Positions 15,293 to 29,200 of a stretch of DNA of 64,000 bases are shown here, piece by piece. The translations under genes were made by a program, and so were the position numbers. Source of the DNA: Saccostrea echinata (lineage: Eukaryota); NCBI RefSeq assembly GCF_033153115.1, contig NW_026889796.1, positions 6,758,001 to 6,822,000 on the forward strand, in the 5' to 3' direction. Under the pieces are notes generated by a model. That model had not been told where the DNA came from and did no database searches. It was given only the letters and a program-made list of their open reading frames with translations. The stretch's first letter is position 1. The number at the start of each line of letters is the position of its first letter.

Positions 15293-16358
15293 ATTTAGGG
15301 TGAGTTAACCATGCATCGGACACATACCTTGCTTCGGACAACTTTAAGTAATAAACTTTCATTGAACCCGAGTCTCCTCCTGTTTTTACTTGTTTCTGTC
15401 TTAAAGGGGAAGATTTAAACTTTTTAATGATGCCGATTTTTATTTTCATGTTGTGATAAAAATACCACAAGAATGGCCTTGAAGTTACGTCATATTTTGC
15501 ATCATCAAAGGGGAGTAACCAGAATTTTACCATTTTGCAATTTTTAGAGTTGTCGTTCTTTTAAATGGACGTCAACGGAACGGGTCGGACCTAGGTAAAA
15601 TTTATCAATAATTGATTATTTTAGAGAATTTTTTCAAAACTTTTACTTCAATGTTTGAATAATATATTTTACAGTTGTTTTTTTTGTAGTATATTTATTT
15701 CACCGTACATCGGACACAAATTAACCATGCATCGGACACTTTCCGATGCATGGGTAATCACTTCCATTTTCATATAAAACCCAAATGACAGCTGTTTTTT
15801 ACGGAAATAAAAAATAGAAACTCTAAATATTCAGTGAAAATACAAATTATCGATATATGACGACTAGAAGTGGACTCAATTTATTTCTTTAAACTAGATG
15901 ATGATAACCCACGAGACAAAGGCGCGAGTTGCCATATTACTAGTACTGTAAAGCCTTTCTAAGGCGATGTGATGCAACTAAAATCTCTTCACATTTGTGG
16001 ATCGAAAAAGTCATTCAAATTTAATTAGAAGTTTAATTTTTAAATAAAAGATAAAAATGTTTCGATATCACTCATTTTAAAGCACGGAGATCAAGGTATG
16101 ATATTTTTCTGGTTTAAATATCGTATGTCCGATGCATGGTGAATATTGTCCGATCCATGGTGAATTCTTACTTATTCCGAAAAAATCGGTTTTTAATGAT
16201 ATTTTCTCAATAAATAGGGCGCGGTTGTGTCAAAAATTTATATTTTAACCACGATACTACATATTAAGTTCCATTTTGATAATATTCGGTCGGTAGCGAT
16301 ATCGCTAGAACTTGTTGAAGTGCGAGGGTGTCCGATGCATGGTGAATTCACCCTAAAT
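15293..16358. mobile_element. Non-autonomous DNA transposon-like element with ~31-bp inverted ends and internal CCATGCATCGGACA repeats
   Basis: Left ATTTAGGGTGAGTTAACCATGCATCGGACAC; right reverse complement ATTTAGGGTGAATTCACCATGCATCGGACAC. Core motif repeated at about 15708-15752 and 16127-16165. TSD not resolved. Confidence 0.7.
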
Positions 16359-17037
16359 ACTTTTTTTAAACTTTTCCCGTACTTCACGGCTGTAATAGAA
16401 TTATGCAGAATATGAAGCATTTTCGTGGAATTCAATTTGAAATCATGTCAAAAGTAACCCCGATACCTTTATTCAATATAATAGTATTTTAAAGTAGAGG
16501 TCAAGAATTTAAGATACACAAAACATCGTTTTCTGAGAGACTGTGGCCAATATTGATACATTTCCTTTTTCTGACGTGGAACCCCCCCCCCTGAAATTTC
16601 ACCTGATTTTCTCATTTTTCATTGAAAATAACAATTTAAAATATGTATTTTTCGTTGAGTTTACCTAAATATTATGCCCCGATACACCTTATTTTACCAA
16701 ACTATATCTGTAAACTTAAAGGATCATTAAAAGAACTTATTTCTCAAACTAAAAAAAAATCTGTAGGCCCTGCACCTTCCATTTACTAGATCTTGACCTT
16801 AATATTTAATGCATTTTTTCTTTCTCAATGAGATATGATGATTTTGAATAATAATAATACGACCATATCTCTCTAGGCTGCTTCGTTTATTTCATTACAC
16901 CTTTCTTTTGTTTTCTATTAGTTTTCATCAGCAAATGCAAGCGCTCTGCCACGGTCAAAGGGATGTAACTCTAGTTTTGTTGACACAAGCTATCAAGTAC
17001 TGACTGCAAGTTCGGTTGTGTGAGAGGGAAAGAGAAG

Positions 17038-19699
17038 ATGCCTCTCAAAAACATCCCAAAATGTTTGTCACCAAACCTCCTGCATGCCCTGGCATCCATG
17101 GGACATGGGGATGAAATTGGTACTGAACGCTTCGAAAGAATATACAATTTGTTAGATGTTGCTTCATTTATCCATTGTAACTTGAATTTACTCTGCAAGT
17201 CTGAAACTAAAACTGACTGAACTTTGGTCAAGCATAAATAAATGATAACAATAAAAAGAAAAGTAAAAAAAAAAAAACTTATTAGACAACACATTAAGTA
17301 GCCTGTTAATTTGTGTCCATTTTGTTATTAACTTCAGTATTAGCTGATGCCCATTTTCCATCGTCTTCCATATGTAGAGATGGTCCAATTGAAGTCAGAG
17401 CGGATGGTGAGAATTTTATTTTGAATTGTTGGAATGTTAAGAAAGCTTATTTCACACAAAATAGACTTTGTTCTTAATGTGTACATAGTGATAAAGAAAA
17501 GTGATTTTTTTTATAGACAATGAATAGACAAACAGAACATCCCATACATTATATAAAAGCTATTTCAACCTATTGGCACCTATACCCAAAGTTTCACTTT
17601 TATCATGAATTTATTTGATGGGTGTACAGTGTACATACTTATATAGTAAAACTAATACTCAAATGACAATGATTTTTCTCTGACAGGACTAGATATACCT
17701 ACCCTTTTGGATGGAATTCTACAGTTGCTTCCCCTAGACACATATGTTGACTCCCCAGTAAGTAACAGTTGTTGTTATCCCCAACTTCTACAGAACTATC
17801 ATATTTTAAACAAAATAATTTTTAAAAATCTGTTGTTTTCGAATAGTTATTAAATTTGAAGGATAACAAACCTCATTTATAATATGCAAATTTTGAAAAT
17901 AAAATGGAAAAAAAAACTTACCTTGAAAGTGATCGAGTCGTAATACATTGACCCAACTTTATGTTCCACACAGGTAGCATTAATGGACCCAGTCCAGAGT
18001 GATAAAGACAGCCACATCCAAATTCCTGTTTGGGACAAGTACAAGGAGATTATCAAACAGAGGGAGGGACCCAGTGTATGTCAGTAATCCATTTCTAAAT
18101 CTGACCTGTGACAGTAAAGCTTCCAGCTGGAAATCCTTCAGCTTTGGATACATTTCTTTGCTCAGCATACAATAATGATGCTTATAATTACTGATACAAA
18201 TGTAGTTGAAAATGTGAAAATTTCCTTATCTTAAATATTTGGCAATTTGAACTTTCATAGTCTGTATTTAATAGTTCTTTTTTATGTTGAGACACTGATG
18301 CTTATTAGTCATTCATCAAAGTTTCCCTATCATCAACCTTCCATCTTAATACAGTATATTCCATATACCCTTACAAATGAAGTGTTTGCCCCTGCATATA
18401 TGTTAGGTTTTCTGCTGAATTACTGATAGATTTCTATGTAGGAAAAAGAATAATTTCAAGATGAGAGATTCTGATTAGTTGTGGGCTGAATATGTAAGCT
18501 TGTAAACATTGTGTTGGGAACCATACCATAATTTAGGCTCATTGGTATGTATCTGATCTATGGAAACTCAAGATTTTGATGTATAATATAGATGTACTTG
18601 AACCATTTTGCCAAGTTTTATGGTTCTGTATGCATCTTGAAAGTAAACATTATCACCATTTGGAGAGCACTAATATTTTGTAGCATCACTAACGTTGTGT
18701 TCTTCATTACAAACGTTGTGTCATCCTGAATCCACTTATGGCTGTTGGACCCCCAACAAACTTCAGATTTTTACATCAGGCTGACTGCTTTGATGTCATT
18801 TGGGGAAATTACCAATCTTGATGTTTTTCTTATCACTTGACCAATCACAAAAAGCCTTTCTGTGACAAACAACGTGTAACATGTGTATTGAGGTGTCAAC
18901 AGCTTTCTTTCTGTTTACATTTTACATCAACTTACATGTATGAAAGCCCCAATTTAACTGGTGCTTCTCAGTGAAAAAAATGAAGTTTGTCAGGGGTCCC
19001 ACAGCAATAAGTGGACTCGGGACCTGACATTGTGAGCTTGTAGCAGAGCAAACATTATCAAATAATCAATTTGGAAATTTAAAGAATAGTTACCAATACA
19101 GTGAATATCCTGGTGAAATCTGTGTGTTTGTTCTAGGTGGAAATCGAGTATGTTGAAAGATTTGCATTTTATAGGAGAGCAAAGACAGCCTATGCCATTG
19201 TTCACACAGGGTAATGCTCTTTCACACGATTTCATTTTTTTTTCCCTCTCAATCATTTTTTTAACAAAACACAAATGCATAATTGTGATTTTGATAAATT
19301 ATTTGCATCATATTGAAATAAATGTGAGCAAATGAATTATTGTATAATGAATATTTCAAAGTTGTACAGCTTCTGCTATGTTCCTGCTTGTATTCACAGA
19401 AATTAAAAAAAAAAAGAAGCAAATATTTAAATCCCACATCTTTATTTTGATGTTTGTCTGGAATCGTAAAATCTACAAAGCAGAAATTTTATGTTTCAAG
19501 TCACAAAAATTATCCACTGTAATTTGGTACAATGTTGGACAAATTAATTAACCATAATTGTAAAACCAATTAACCCTTTAAAGACGCTTCACATTTGAAA
19601 TTTACATTTCAATGGTGATTTAACTTTCTTTTTTTCATCTTCTGCAGAGAGATGGCAAAGTATGGGAACATCATTTTGAAGAAAGGTCTAGCTCTTTGA
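17038..19699 (+). CDS. FUOM: Fucose mutarotase (RbsD/FucU family), 6 exons, 149 aa
   Basis: Exons 17038-17119, 17338-17406, 17687-17757, 17974-18075, 19137-19210, 19648-19699; GT-AG; 450 nt. Family motifs MGHGDEIVLADAHFP, LLPLDTYV, ERFAFY, TGEMAKYGNIILKKG. Confidence 0.95.
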
Positions 19700-20296
19700 A
19701 CTCCAGCTCCCGAATTCTCTTCATTAATTACACCATTGGAAATCCTCTTGTCATGAACACTTGTGATCATCTAGGCATTTCATTTAATTATTACATGTAC
19801 AAACAAATATATAAATTAATATAAATTAATGTTTTTTTTTATACTTTAACAATTTATATGTTATGAAAATGAAACAAAGAAAACAGTTATTGTGTAATTC
19901 TTCTCAAATCTTGAAAACTTCAAAATAACATAGACCAACACTAAGCTCTTCATTATTTTGAGGAAGAAAAGCAATCTCTTAGCAATTTACACATAACACT
20001 TAAATCAAGGACACACAAGTGCAACTTGTCTAAATTACCGTTATATGCAATATACTAAGCACTACTTGTCTAATTTATCACTATCATTTTTGTGACAGTG
20101 TGTGCAAGGAGCAAAAGGAGAACTGGCAAAAAGTAGTAACTGAATAAAATTGTATATAAAGAGGATGCTCCAGCAAGCAAATTGCACTTTCCCAAGCTGG
20201 CATCTGTATGTGAGGTTGTTTTTAAATAACACTGGGACAAAATTTATCTCCCTTTAATAGCTTGACTTCTTTTTCTACACAAGTTGCCTCCCTTTG

Positions 20297-23200
20297 TTAG
20301 GTGTTGTACCAGTCCAGGAAAAGTAGTGACAGAGTCAGTAGGAGGAGAAAAAATAAAATGTACACACGGAAACCAGCACTGTTCTTCATAGCCTGGAAAA
20401 AATATATTAATGAAAGCTGAGCGAAAAACAAACTCTTAGATTTTCAGTGTATTGCAGTCAAAAAGTGCAAGACGCTAGACCCATGGGCCAAAAAACTCAT
20501 CCGAATCACAAATCACTTTATTTTTTATTAAGAAATATTTTCAGAAAAATAATTTAGAAATTGAAAATATGGAAATTAAATTTGATCATGATGGCCATCT
20601 GCTCCTGTAGAAGAATTTAACAATCTAAAATATTTGCAAAACAGAGAGAGATAATGGCCAGACTTAGATAGATTAAACTAGAGGTACTTTGAGCTCACAC
20701 AATCATACCTCCTGCTGCATTTTTGTTAAAGTGTACAATTAATCTTGAGCTTGTCAAAATGACTTTGGTTCAAGAAAACGAAACCCTCTGGTCATCAGTA
20801 ATCTTTGTGTGAAGCATGAATTTCAATTTTGTCTTTATTGGAAATTACAGATTGGGCATGAAATTTACATTTTTCTGCCAATGTCCTTGAACTTGCCTAA
20901 ATGACCTTGGGTCAAAGTTATAACATACCCTCAGCTCACAATAAATCTTTGTTTGAAGTATCAATTGCCAATATTTGTCCATATGAGGGTAATTTATGAA
21001 CTGGACATGAATTTAACACTTTTTTCTGCCAAGAACCTTTAACTTGCTCATATGACCTTGGGTCAAGGTCATGACACAATCTTAGGTTATAAGCAATGTT
21101 TCTCAGAACTTTCTCCTTTACAATGTTATGTACAAAACACAAATTATACACATTTTCTGCCATAAACCTCAAACTTGCTATAATGAACTTGGTTCAAGGT
21201 CATGAATAGGCAATCATTGTACTAAGTATGAGCTTTCAATGTTTCTCCATTATGCCATATGGTCTGAACATGAATTACAGTATGCCTTTTTTCTAAAGGT
21301 GACCTTGAACTTGACCAAATGACCTTGAGTCAAGGTCGTAGCACACCTTTAGGTATTTTTCAAAAAGAAAGTTATGGACTTTGAGTGTGTTTTGCCAGTG
21401 ACCTTAAACTTGCTTGAAGACCTGTCGAGGTCATGACACACCCTTTGTTCATAAGCAATCTTTGTGTGAAGTATGAGCTTCCAATGATCCTCCATTACAA
21501 AGTCATAGCTCACACAAGCTTGTACAGACAAACAGATGGACAAAGTATTTCCTATATACTTCATTTGTTGGGGTTTTTAATAAATTCCTGCATGTCAAGG
21601 GAACCAGATGGATTGTACTCTCATTTTCAATTGGGGATCAATTGAAATTTAACCTAATACTTTTGTAGATTAGTATAATTTTAACCTGTCTGATCTCCTC
21701 ATTGCCCTCTTTAATGTTTTCTGTGGAGCCAACAACAACCTGCTCAATTCTGTCTATGTCTTTCTCCTGTCAATACAAATGATGTGTACAATTGTTTTTC
21801 ACTATTTTCTTGAACATTTTCATGTTAGGTAAATTAAAAGTAAACATTTTTAATCATTCTGTGTGTTTGTTTTTTTTTAACACAAATGTCAATATTTGAT
21901 TTATTGGTTTTTTAATTATTCCGTTTCCATTGGAACAGACTATGTGATCTTAAATTTATATGTTTTTTGTACAGTTAAATACCATAATAATAATAATGTA
22001 CTCTTTGTTGGTATGGTATTAGAGTTAAAGGGAGCTAACCTGTTCTAAAACTTTCTCTGTGAAGATTTCTTGAAGTTTGGCAATTTCCATGACTTTACCC
22101 TCTATTTGACTGTAAAGAAGAACACATTTATAAACATCAAAGAAAAAAAAAGAACAAACAAACACACAAACAAATTAACAAACAATATATCCCAAAAGAC
22201 ACACCAGAGGCAAAACTTGACCTTCAAAAATCAAGTTCCAATCTGATTTTTATGCCCCCGTATCGAAGATTCAGGGGTATATAGTTTTTGCCCTGTCTGT
22301 CCGTCTGTCTGTCTGTTTGTCTGTTTTTCCGCAAAAACTTTAACCTTGTCTATAACTTTTGATTGGTTGGAGCTATGGCTTTCATATTTCACATGTGTAT
22401 TCCTTGTGACAAGACCTTTCTTTGGGTACGACCATATTGGACCTTTTGACCTTGACCTTGGAGTTTGACCCAGTTTTGCAAAATTTTTCCAAACTTTGAC
22501 CTTGGCCATAACTTTTGAATGGTTGGTGCTAGGGCTTTCATACTTCACATGTGTAATCCTTGTGATAAGACCTTCCTTTGAATACAAACAACTTTGACCA
22601 TGACCTAGGAGTTTGACATACTTCTGAAAAAATTTAACCTTGGCCATAACTTTTGAACGGTTGGTACTAGGGCTTTCATACTTCACACAAGTAATCCTTG
22701 TGACAAGACCTTCCTTTGGATACCAACAACTTTGACCCTTTGACCTTGACTTTGGAGTTCGACCTACTTTTTGAAAACTTTAACCTTGGCCATAACTTTT
22801 GAATGGTTGGTGCAAGGGCTTTCATACTTCACATATGTAATTTTTGTGACAAGACCTTCCTTTGGATACCAACAACTTTGACCCTTTGACCTTGACTTTG
22901 GAGTTCGACCTACTTTTTGAAAACTTTAACCTTGGCCATAACTTTTGAACGGTTGGTGCAAGGGCTTTCATATTTCACATATGTAATCCTTGTGACAAGA
23001 CCTTTCTTTCAATACCAACAACTTTGACCCTTTGACCTTGACCTTGGAGTTTGACTACTTTTGGAAAACTTTAATTTTGGCAATAACTTTTGAACGGTTG
23101 GTGCTAGGGCATTCATATTTCACCTGTGTACATGTATTTCTTGAGAGAAGGCCTTTCCTTGGGCACCATTAATTTTGACCTTGACCTTGGTGTTTGACAT

Positions 23201-26200
23201 ACTTTAGAAAAAAACTTTAACCTTTTCCATATCTATTCAATGGTTGCTGTTAAGGCTTTCTTATTTCACAGGTTTATTCCTCGAGACAAGACCTTACTTT
23301 GGGTACCAACATATTTGTTTTGCATTTGAGAAAGTTTAACCTTTGCTATAAGCTGCCATACGGAGGCATCAGTGTTTCATAAACACATCTTGTTTTTTAA
23401 TGATTTCCCCTTGCTTGAGAGTTACATTTCTTAAATTAGCATATTTTCAATAAATGAAAGACCTTGGCCCATGAACGCATTTTTTGAAAGATTGCATGAA
23501 TTTTGATCAAGGGTTTCTTGAGTTATGACAAACATTCCAGAATATGTTCGCACATCAATCAAATGGCCACAGCATTGCACCTTTCATATAGGTGAGGTTT
23601 ACATGTATGGCTCAAATTTAAGCAGTACATGTACTAAAATTCTTAGTTGATTGCATTGAAGGAAAGCAAAATCAATGTAAAAGAGACAGAATTAAATATG
23701 TTAAGCATTACTTACCCAACTTCTTGTGACATACTGGTCATCTCCTCAAATAATGCTGCATTTTCTTTCTCAAACTGAAATGACACCACAAAGAAAAATT
23801 CAAATTATGTCCTTATAATACAAAGTAAAAACAGAACATGCACAAGTATTATCCATCAGCCAAATCTTCAAAGAAAATTCACACCAGTCTTAATGTGCCT
23901 AATTCCAAATGACTAAATCATAAAAGATCTATAGAAGAGACACACTATAAACTTTTGTCTAAACATTTTGTCAAACATCTTGAATACCATGGATATGTCG
24001 AAATGATTTGAAGTCCTAAGCACTTTTCTCTTTAAGTATTTTACCCTCGATCAATATCTCTAACCCACAGATATCTCGAATTTTTTTTCTTGGTTCCATC
24101 AAAATTGAGATAACATGATTTGACTGTATTTTAGTCTTCACACAATTTGACTGTATTTTAGGTCTTCACACGACTTGACTGTATTTTAGTCTTCACACGA
24201 TTTGACTGTATTTTAGTCTTTACACGATTTGACTGTATTTCAGTCTTCACATGTTTTGACTGTATTTTAGTCTTTACACGATTTGACTGTATTTTAGTCT
24301 TCACATGTTTTGACTGTATTTTAGTCTTCACATGTTTTGACTGTATTTTAGTCTTCACACGATTTGACTGTATTTTAGTCTTTACAGGGTTTGACTGTAT
24401 TTTAGTCTTTACACGATTTGACTGTATTTTAGTCTTTACACGATTTGACTGTATTTTAGTCTTCACATGTTTTGACTGTATTTTAGTCTTTACACGATTT
24501 GACTTTATTTTAGTCTTCACATGTTTTGACTGTATTTTAGTCTTTACACGATTTGACTGTATTTTAGTCTTTACACGGTTTGACTGTATTTTAGTCTTTA
24601 CATGATTTGACTGTATTTTAGTCTTTACATGATTTGACTGTATTTTAGTCTTTACATGATTTGTAACTTACCATCTGAGCCTCCTCTGGTGATATTTCTT
24701 CCTCTTCCTCCTTCCTTTCCTCTGTATGTTTAGATTTTGTTGGTGTTCTCTCTTCTACAAGAAAAAACAGTTCTAATGTACTTATACTTGATTAATTATC
24801 TCAATTAATTTAAATGTGTTTACAAATGCATAAAACATAGTTACAGCAAGCACGCTTATAATGAATTGCACATAGTGAAGGGATTTGTATTTCCTGTAGT
24901 TTTAAAAATATACTGTGAACTTATTTTATATAACAATTTATATTATATATATCAAAACTGTCCATCCATGGCACTTTGCTCTAAGTGTGTTTTACTATAC
25001 AGTTGAACATCTCAGTTTAATTTGCTTGAAGACAAAGGGGCCGGTAACACACAATGCTTGATTTTTCATGTATTTTTTTTTTTTTTTGCATAAAAAAAGG
25101 ATCAGGAAAAAAACAAGCATTGTATGTTACCAGCCCCACCATGTTTCAAGATTTTAAGGTTCAACTGTATTACATGTATAAAAAAAATAACATGCTGCAC
25201 TAGATTCAATGTAAACATTGTTTAGGCCATTCTTAAAAAAATATTTGTTTGCCCTCTCTCGACTCAGGATAAAAAAAAAATTGGTATAGATAGGTAGTAA
25301 GAATTTTTTTTTTTATTAAAAAACTTGCAAATATGAAGTTAATATAGTATGATGAGAACATTTTGGAATGATAAAAAAAAATTGTTTCCTGGAGGTTCTA
25401 AAAAGTTTTGAGTCGGGCCATTTTTAGTCGGTCGGGAGAGGATAACAAACAATCCATTGAAGGACTTCATCTTATAATTCATGGTTGTTAGTAATTCCTT
25501 CCTTGACTAGACTGATCATGCTTACTGGACTGATTAGTGTTTGTCAGTAATTCCTACCTTGACTAGACTGGCTCTGCTCACTAGATTGATAAGTGTTGCT
25601 GGTCTCCGTTGGAGAAGACTGCTTGTTGTGTCGTTTTTGTTTTATTAATTTGTCAGGTTCTAGCTTTGACCTTCAAATATATTAAATAATTTATAAATTG
25701 TAAGTACTTCTCAGTGATTGCCTACAACTTCTACATATACATACATAATTATATCATACTTGTTTTCAGATTTTCAAACTCCACTGCTTTTACTCTGTCT
25801 ACCTTTGAAAATATTAGTTATCCAGGTCCAATCAAGGATGTATGGGAATTTACACTGCATTTTATTCCATACACCCTGAGGCCGTAGGCTGAAAGGTGTA
25901 TGGAATACAACCCGGAGTAAATCCCCGTACACCCTTGATTGGACCTGGATAATGAATTTATTTCCCATGTACCCAAATAAATTCTTTGTAAACAAGTCCA
26001 ATCAACTGTGTTTCAAGCTATCAATAAGGTTTACTATGCCCTACAATGCATTGTGAAGTCATTTTTTGTTTTTAATCATAGAGAAACTATGCATTGTGAC
26101 ATCACGTTTTTTACCCCCAGGTCAAGTACAGTGTACGGAAATTTACACCCGACTCTGTAACCAATCAAAGCTCGTGTTACAAGCTACATAGGAAATAATA

Positions 26201-29200
26201 GATGATACCTTCACTCACACCTTATTTTTTTCAAGATGAAAGTACTAGTAATGTAAAGCTGTTCTATTTATGTTACCTTTTCATCTCTACCCCCCCCCCC
26301 CTTTTCCAAGCTGTAACCTTGACCATAACCAAATAATTATGGCTTAGAACCATGAAAAATCTCTTGGATACAAGAATCTTTAAATTTGTGTCAATTATGA
26401 ATCTTGAAGCTCCTATATCAGAAATTGTCTTTTAAATTTTAAATTTCTGAAACCATTCAAATTAAACACTTCTGAACCCTGTTATCTTGCCTTGTCTAAA
26501 TGGCATTTGCTCAGGGTCATCACATATTGTAATATTTGAAAAGTTATACATATGACAGTGGAAAAACACTGCAAAGAAGGTCTGAGTGCTTTTGTTGACA
26601 AAAAATTACAGAATTCTGACTTAATACCAAATAAATAAATAAAAAAAAAATAAAAAGTGAAAAAATTGAAAAAAATAAAAATAACGACTTACAATCTTTT
26701 TCTATCAACTACCCTCTTCACCCTCACTGCTCTCTGCTCACTGTAAATTTTACAAACCACTGCAAGAAATCATATTCATGTATTTATATCAAGAATGTAT
26801 ATGAGTAAAACATATATAAAATTTCAAAAAATTATTACATGTATTCCGACCTGATTATCCTTCCAAAAACTTAAATCAGCTAGTGTTATCTAAATATTTT
26901 TGCATTTCTTTGATATTATAATTGTATCTCAATTTTCTCTAATTCATTTTGAGCATTTAATCTTTACTCTCTAAGAAATTCCTACACCTAAAGATTCTTC
27001 ACACTTTTGTTCCTGCATACCTTTAAGGTAATCTTCTACAAGTCTGATGACAGCAGCTCTGTGTTCTTTTGTCTGAGGTTGAAGTCGCCCATTTAAGTCT
27101 GTTTAAGAATAAAATGAAATACAGTTTAACTTTGGTATCTCGAACATTGATAAAAAGAATACCATGATATGGATAGGTCAAAATGAAATGGAAGTCCAAA
27201 TCACTTTTTATGTACACATGTATTTCGTTGTCAATACTTCAAGTCCTTGGATGTTTTAAAAGTTTTTTCTTGGTCCCAATGAGATAACAAGGCTTTTATG
27301 AGCTTTTCAGAATTAATTAGATGTAACTTACTCTTAATCAGAGACAAAGATTCCTGGCACATGTGGATCACTTTCTCTGCCTCTTCATCAATCTGATCAC
27401 GTTCTGTGTCAGACATAGTGGAGGTTTCTGCACTAAGGTGGCTACAAAATGTGTTGATAAGTTATTTTGTATGAAGATAAAGTAATACAACCAACATTTC
27501 ATAAATAAAATCAGATCAAATTCATATTTTTAAAAATTAACATTTTATAGAAACCACTTGTTACATATACATGTATATACAAGTTATAAATTTTAATTGA
27601 TGCAGTCAACTATACTTGTACATTGTATTATTAGTCTTGTTAATTACCTTCCAGTGCTAACATATGCCTTCCTGTGTTCCAGTAGGAAATCTTTCAATTT
27701 TGTAATACTCTGCACCTAAAAATGTCATACTTCATATATAAATGACTCATCTGATATTATAAACATATAGTACAATCAATAAATTTAAATATTAGCTTGC
27801 TTGAATAGATATTCATTCAGAGACATGTTAAGTTTTGTCATATATCATACATGTATATACATGTATCAAGATTTGAATTTCATGTTCATTTTTTCATTAA
27901 CTGGATTGTATTTTAGTGTGATTCTAATATATGAATTATGTACTGATAAAGTGTGATTCTAATACCAAATAATCATTATCATCAGTAAATTTACCATAAC
28001 CGTAATGGTGGGGCGGCAATATGTACACATATAATATTTGCAAGCTATGGCAATAACATGTACAGGATGGCGGCCCAGGATGACAATATCATGGCAGTAT
28101 GGTATGGACATTTGTATTAAAAAGAATAAGAAAGTTACATGGAGTTCTTATAACATATACATCTGGTGATCAGGTGCATAGCTGCCTATACACAAGTACG
28201 CAAGTGCATACACATCATTTTCATGAGAAAAAAATATAGGTAATAGAGAGAGAAAGAGAGTTATTCAGGGAAAGAAAATCTCAGTCAATATCATTAAGCA
28301 AATATTTTTGTTTCAAATTATTTTTTGTCATATTACTTCGAATAAAATTTTGCAGTATCATGTCTATACAATCAAATTTGAAATGTAGTATTAAATCATT
28401 GCCAAACCCAAATAACTCATTCATTAGTTTGTAAGTGTTCTATAACAATTGACAATTTTTAAAGATATTTGAAGAATTAAATTTTAATCATATTGTTAAA
28501 TGGCTTGATCAAATAGTATATGATTTAAAATATTTTTTTTCTACTAACATTTATTATACTTAATTGTTGCTGAACATTATATTGTAAGTGCAGACCAATA
28601 TATTGGTAAAATATTCAGCCTCAAGTACATGTAAAAATAAGTTTCTGTGGAAGTTAAACTTTCCGTTAAAAACAATCTTACTAAGTCTTTTATTTCTAAA
28701 GAAAAGCGAAACAGCATGATATTTCCTGCAAGAAAGTGATTGAAATATTTGGTAAAACCCAGGAGCTTCCGGGGGCTTCGCCCCCTGAGCCCCCACCAGG
28801 GCTTTGCCCTGGACCTAGGGCGGCCCCCAGACCCCCCTACCATTCTACACTTCACTCCCATTCTGGCTACGCGCCTGGTGATACATTTATTAAAGAATAA
28901 GCCATCTGGCAAAAAGCTGCAAATTGTGTTACAAACTGTTTATGAAATAGCGGAATAGACTGTATATTTTTCCCTATTTTTTTTAAAATTTGATGGCAGA
29001 GTTCAATAAAAAGCAGATTTCCATTGAAAATGTACATTCTGAAAGAATAACATATCCATGTAAACTGTAAATATGTATTATGTAAGTTGTAACAGTGCTA
29101 AAATAAATATGATGAATGTCAACTTACTATTTCTTTGCTTTTCCTTTCAAAGTCGCCTTTGTGTTTTGATGATGGTAAAATATTAGTAAACGTCTGCGAT

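Noticed and set aside
22231-22686. 151-aa ORF with internal repeats (likewise 1009-1481 and 52967-54054 ORFs)
   Set aside because: Chance reading frames through satellite-bearing Helentron-type elements.
24158-24520. 120-aa VKTKIQSNR repeat protein
   Set aside because: Translation of an intronic 27-bp minisatellite; no splice or start context.
28577-28958. Overlapping 72-111 aa ORFs in STX18 intron 1
   Set aside because: They arise from the GC-rich end of a MITE and show no recognisable protein motif.
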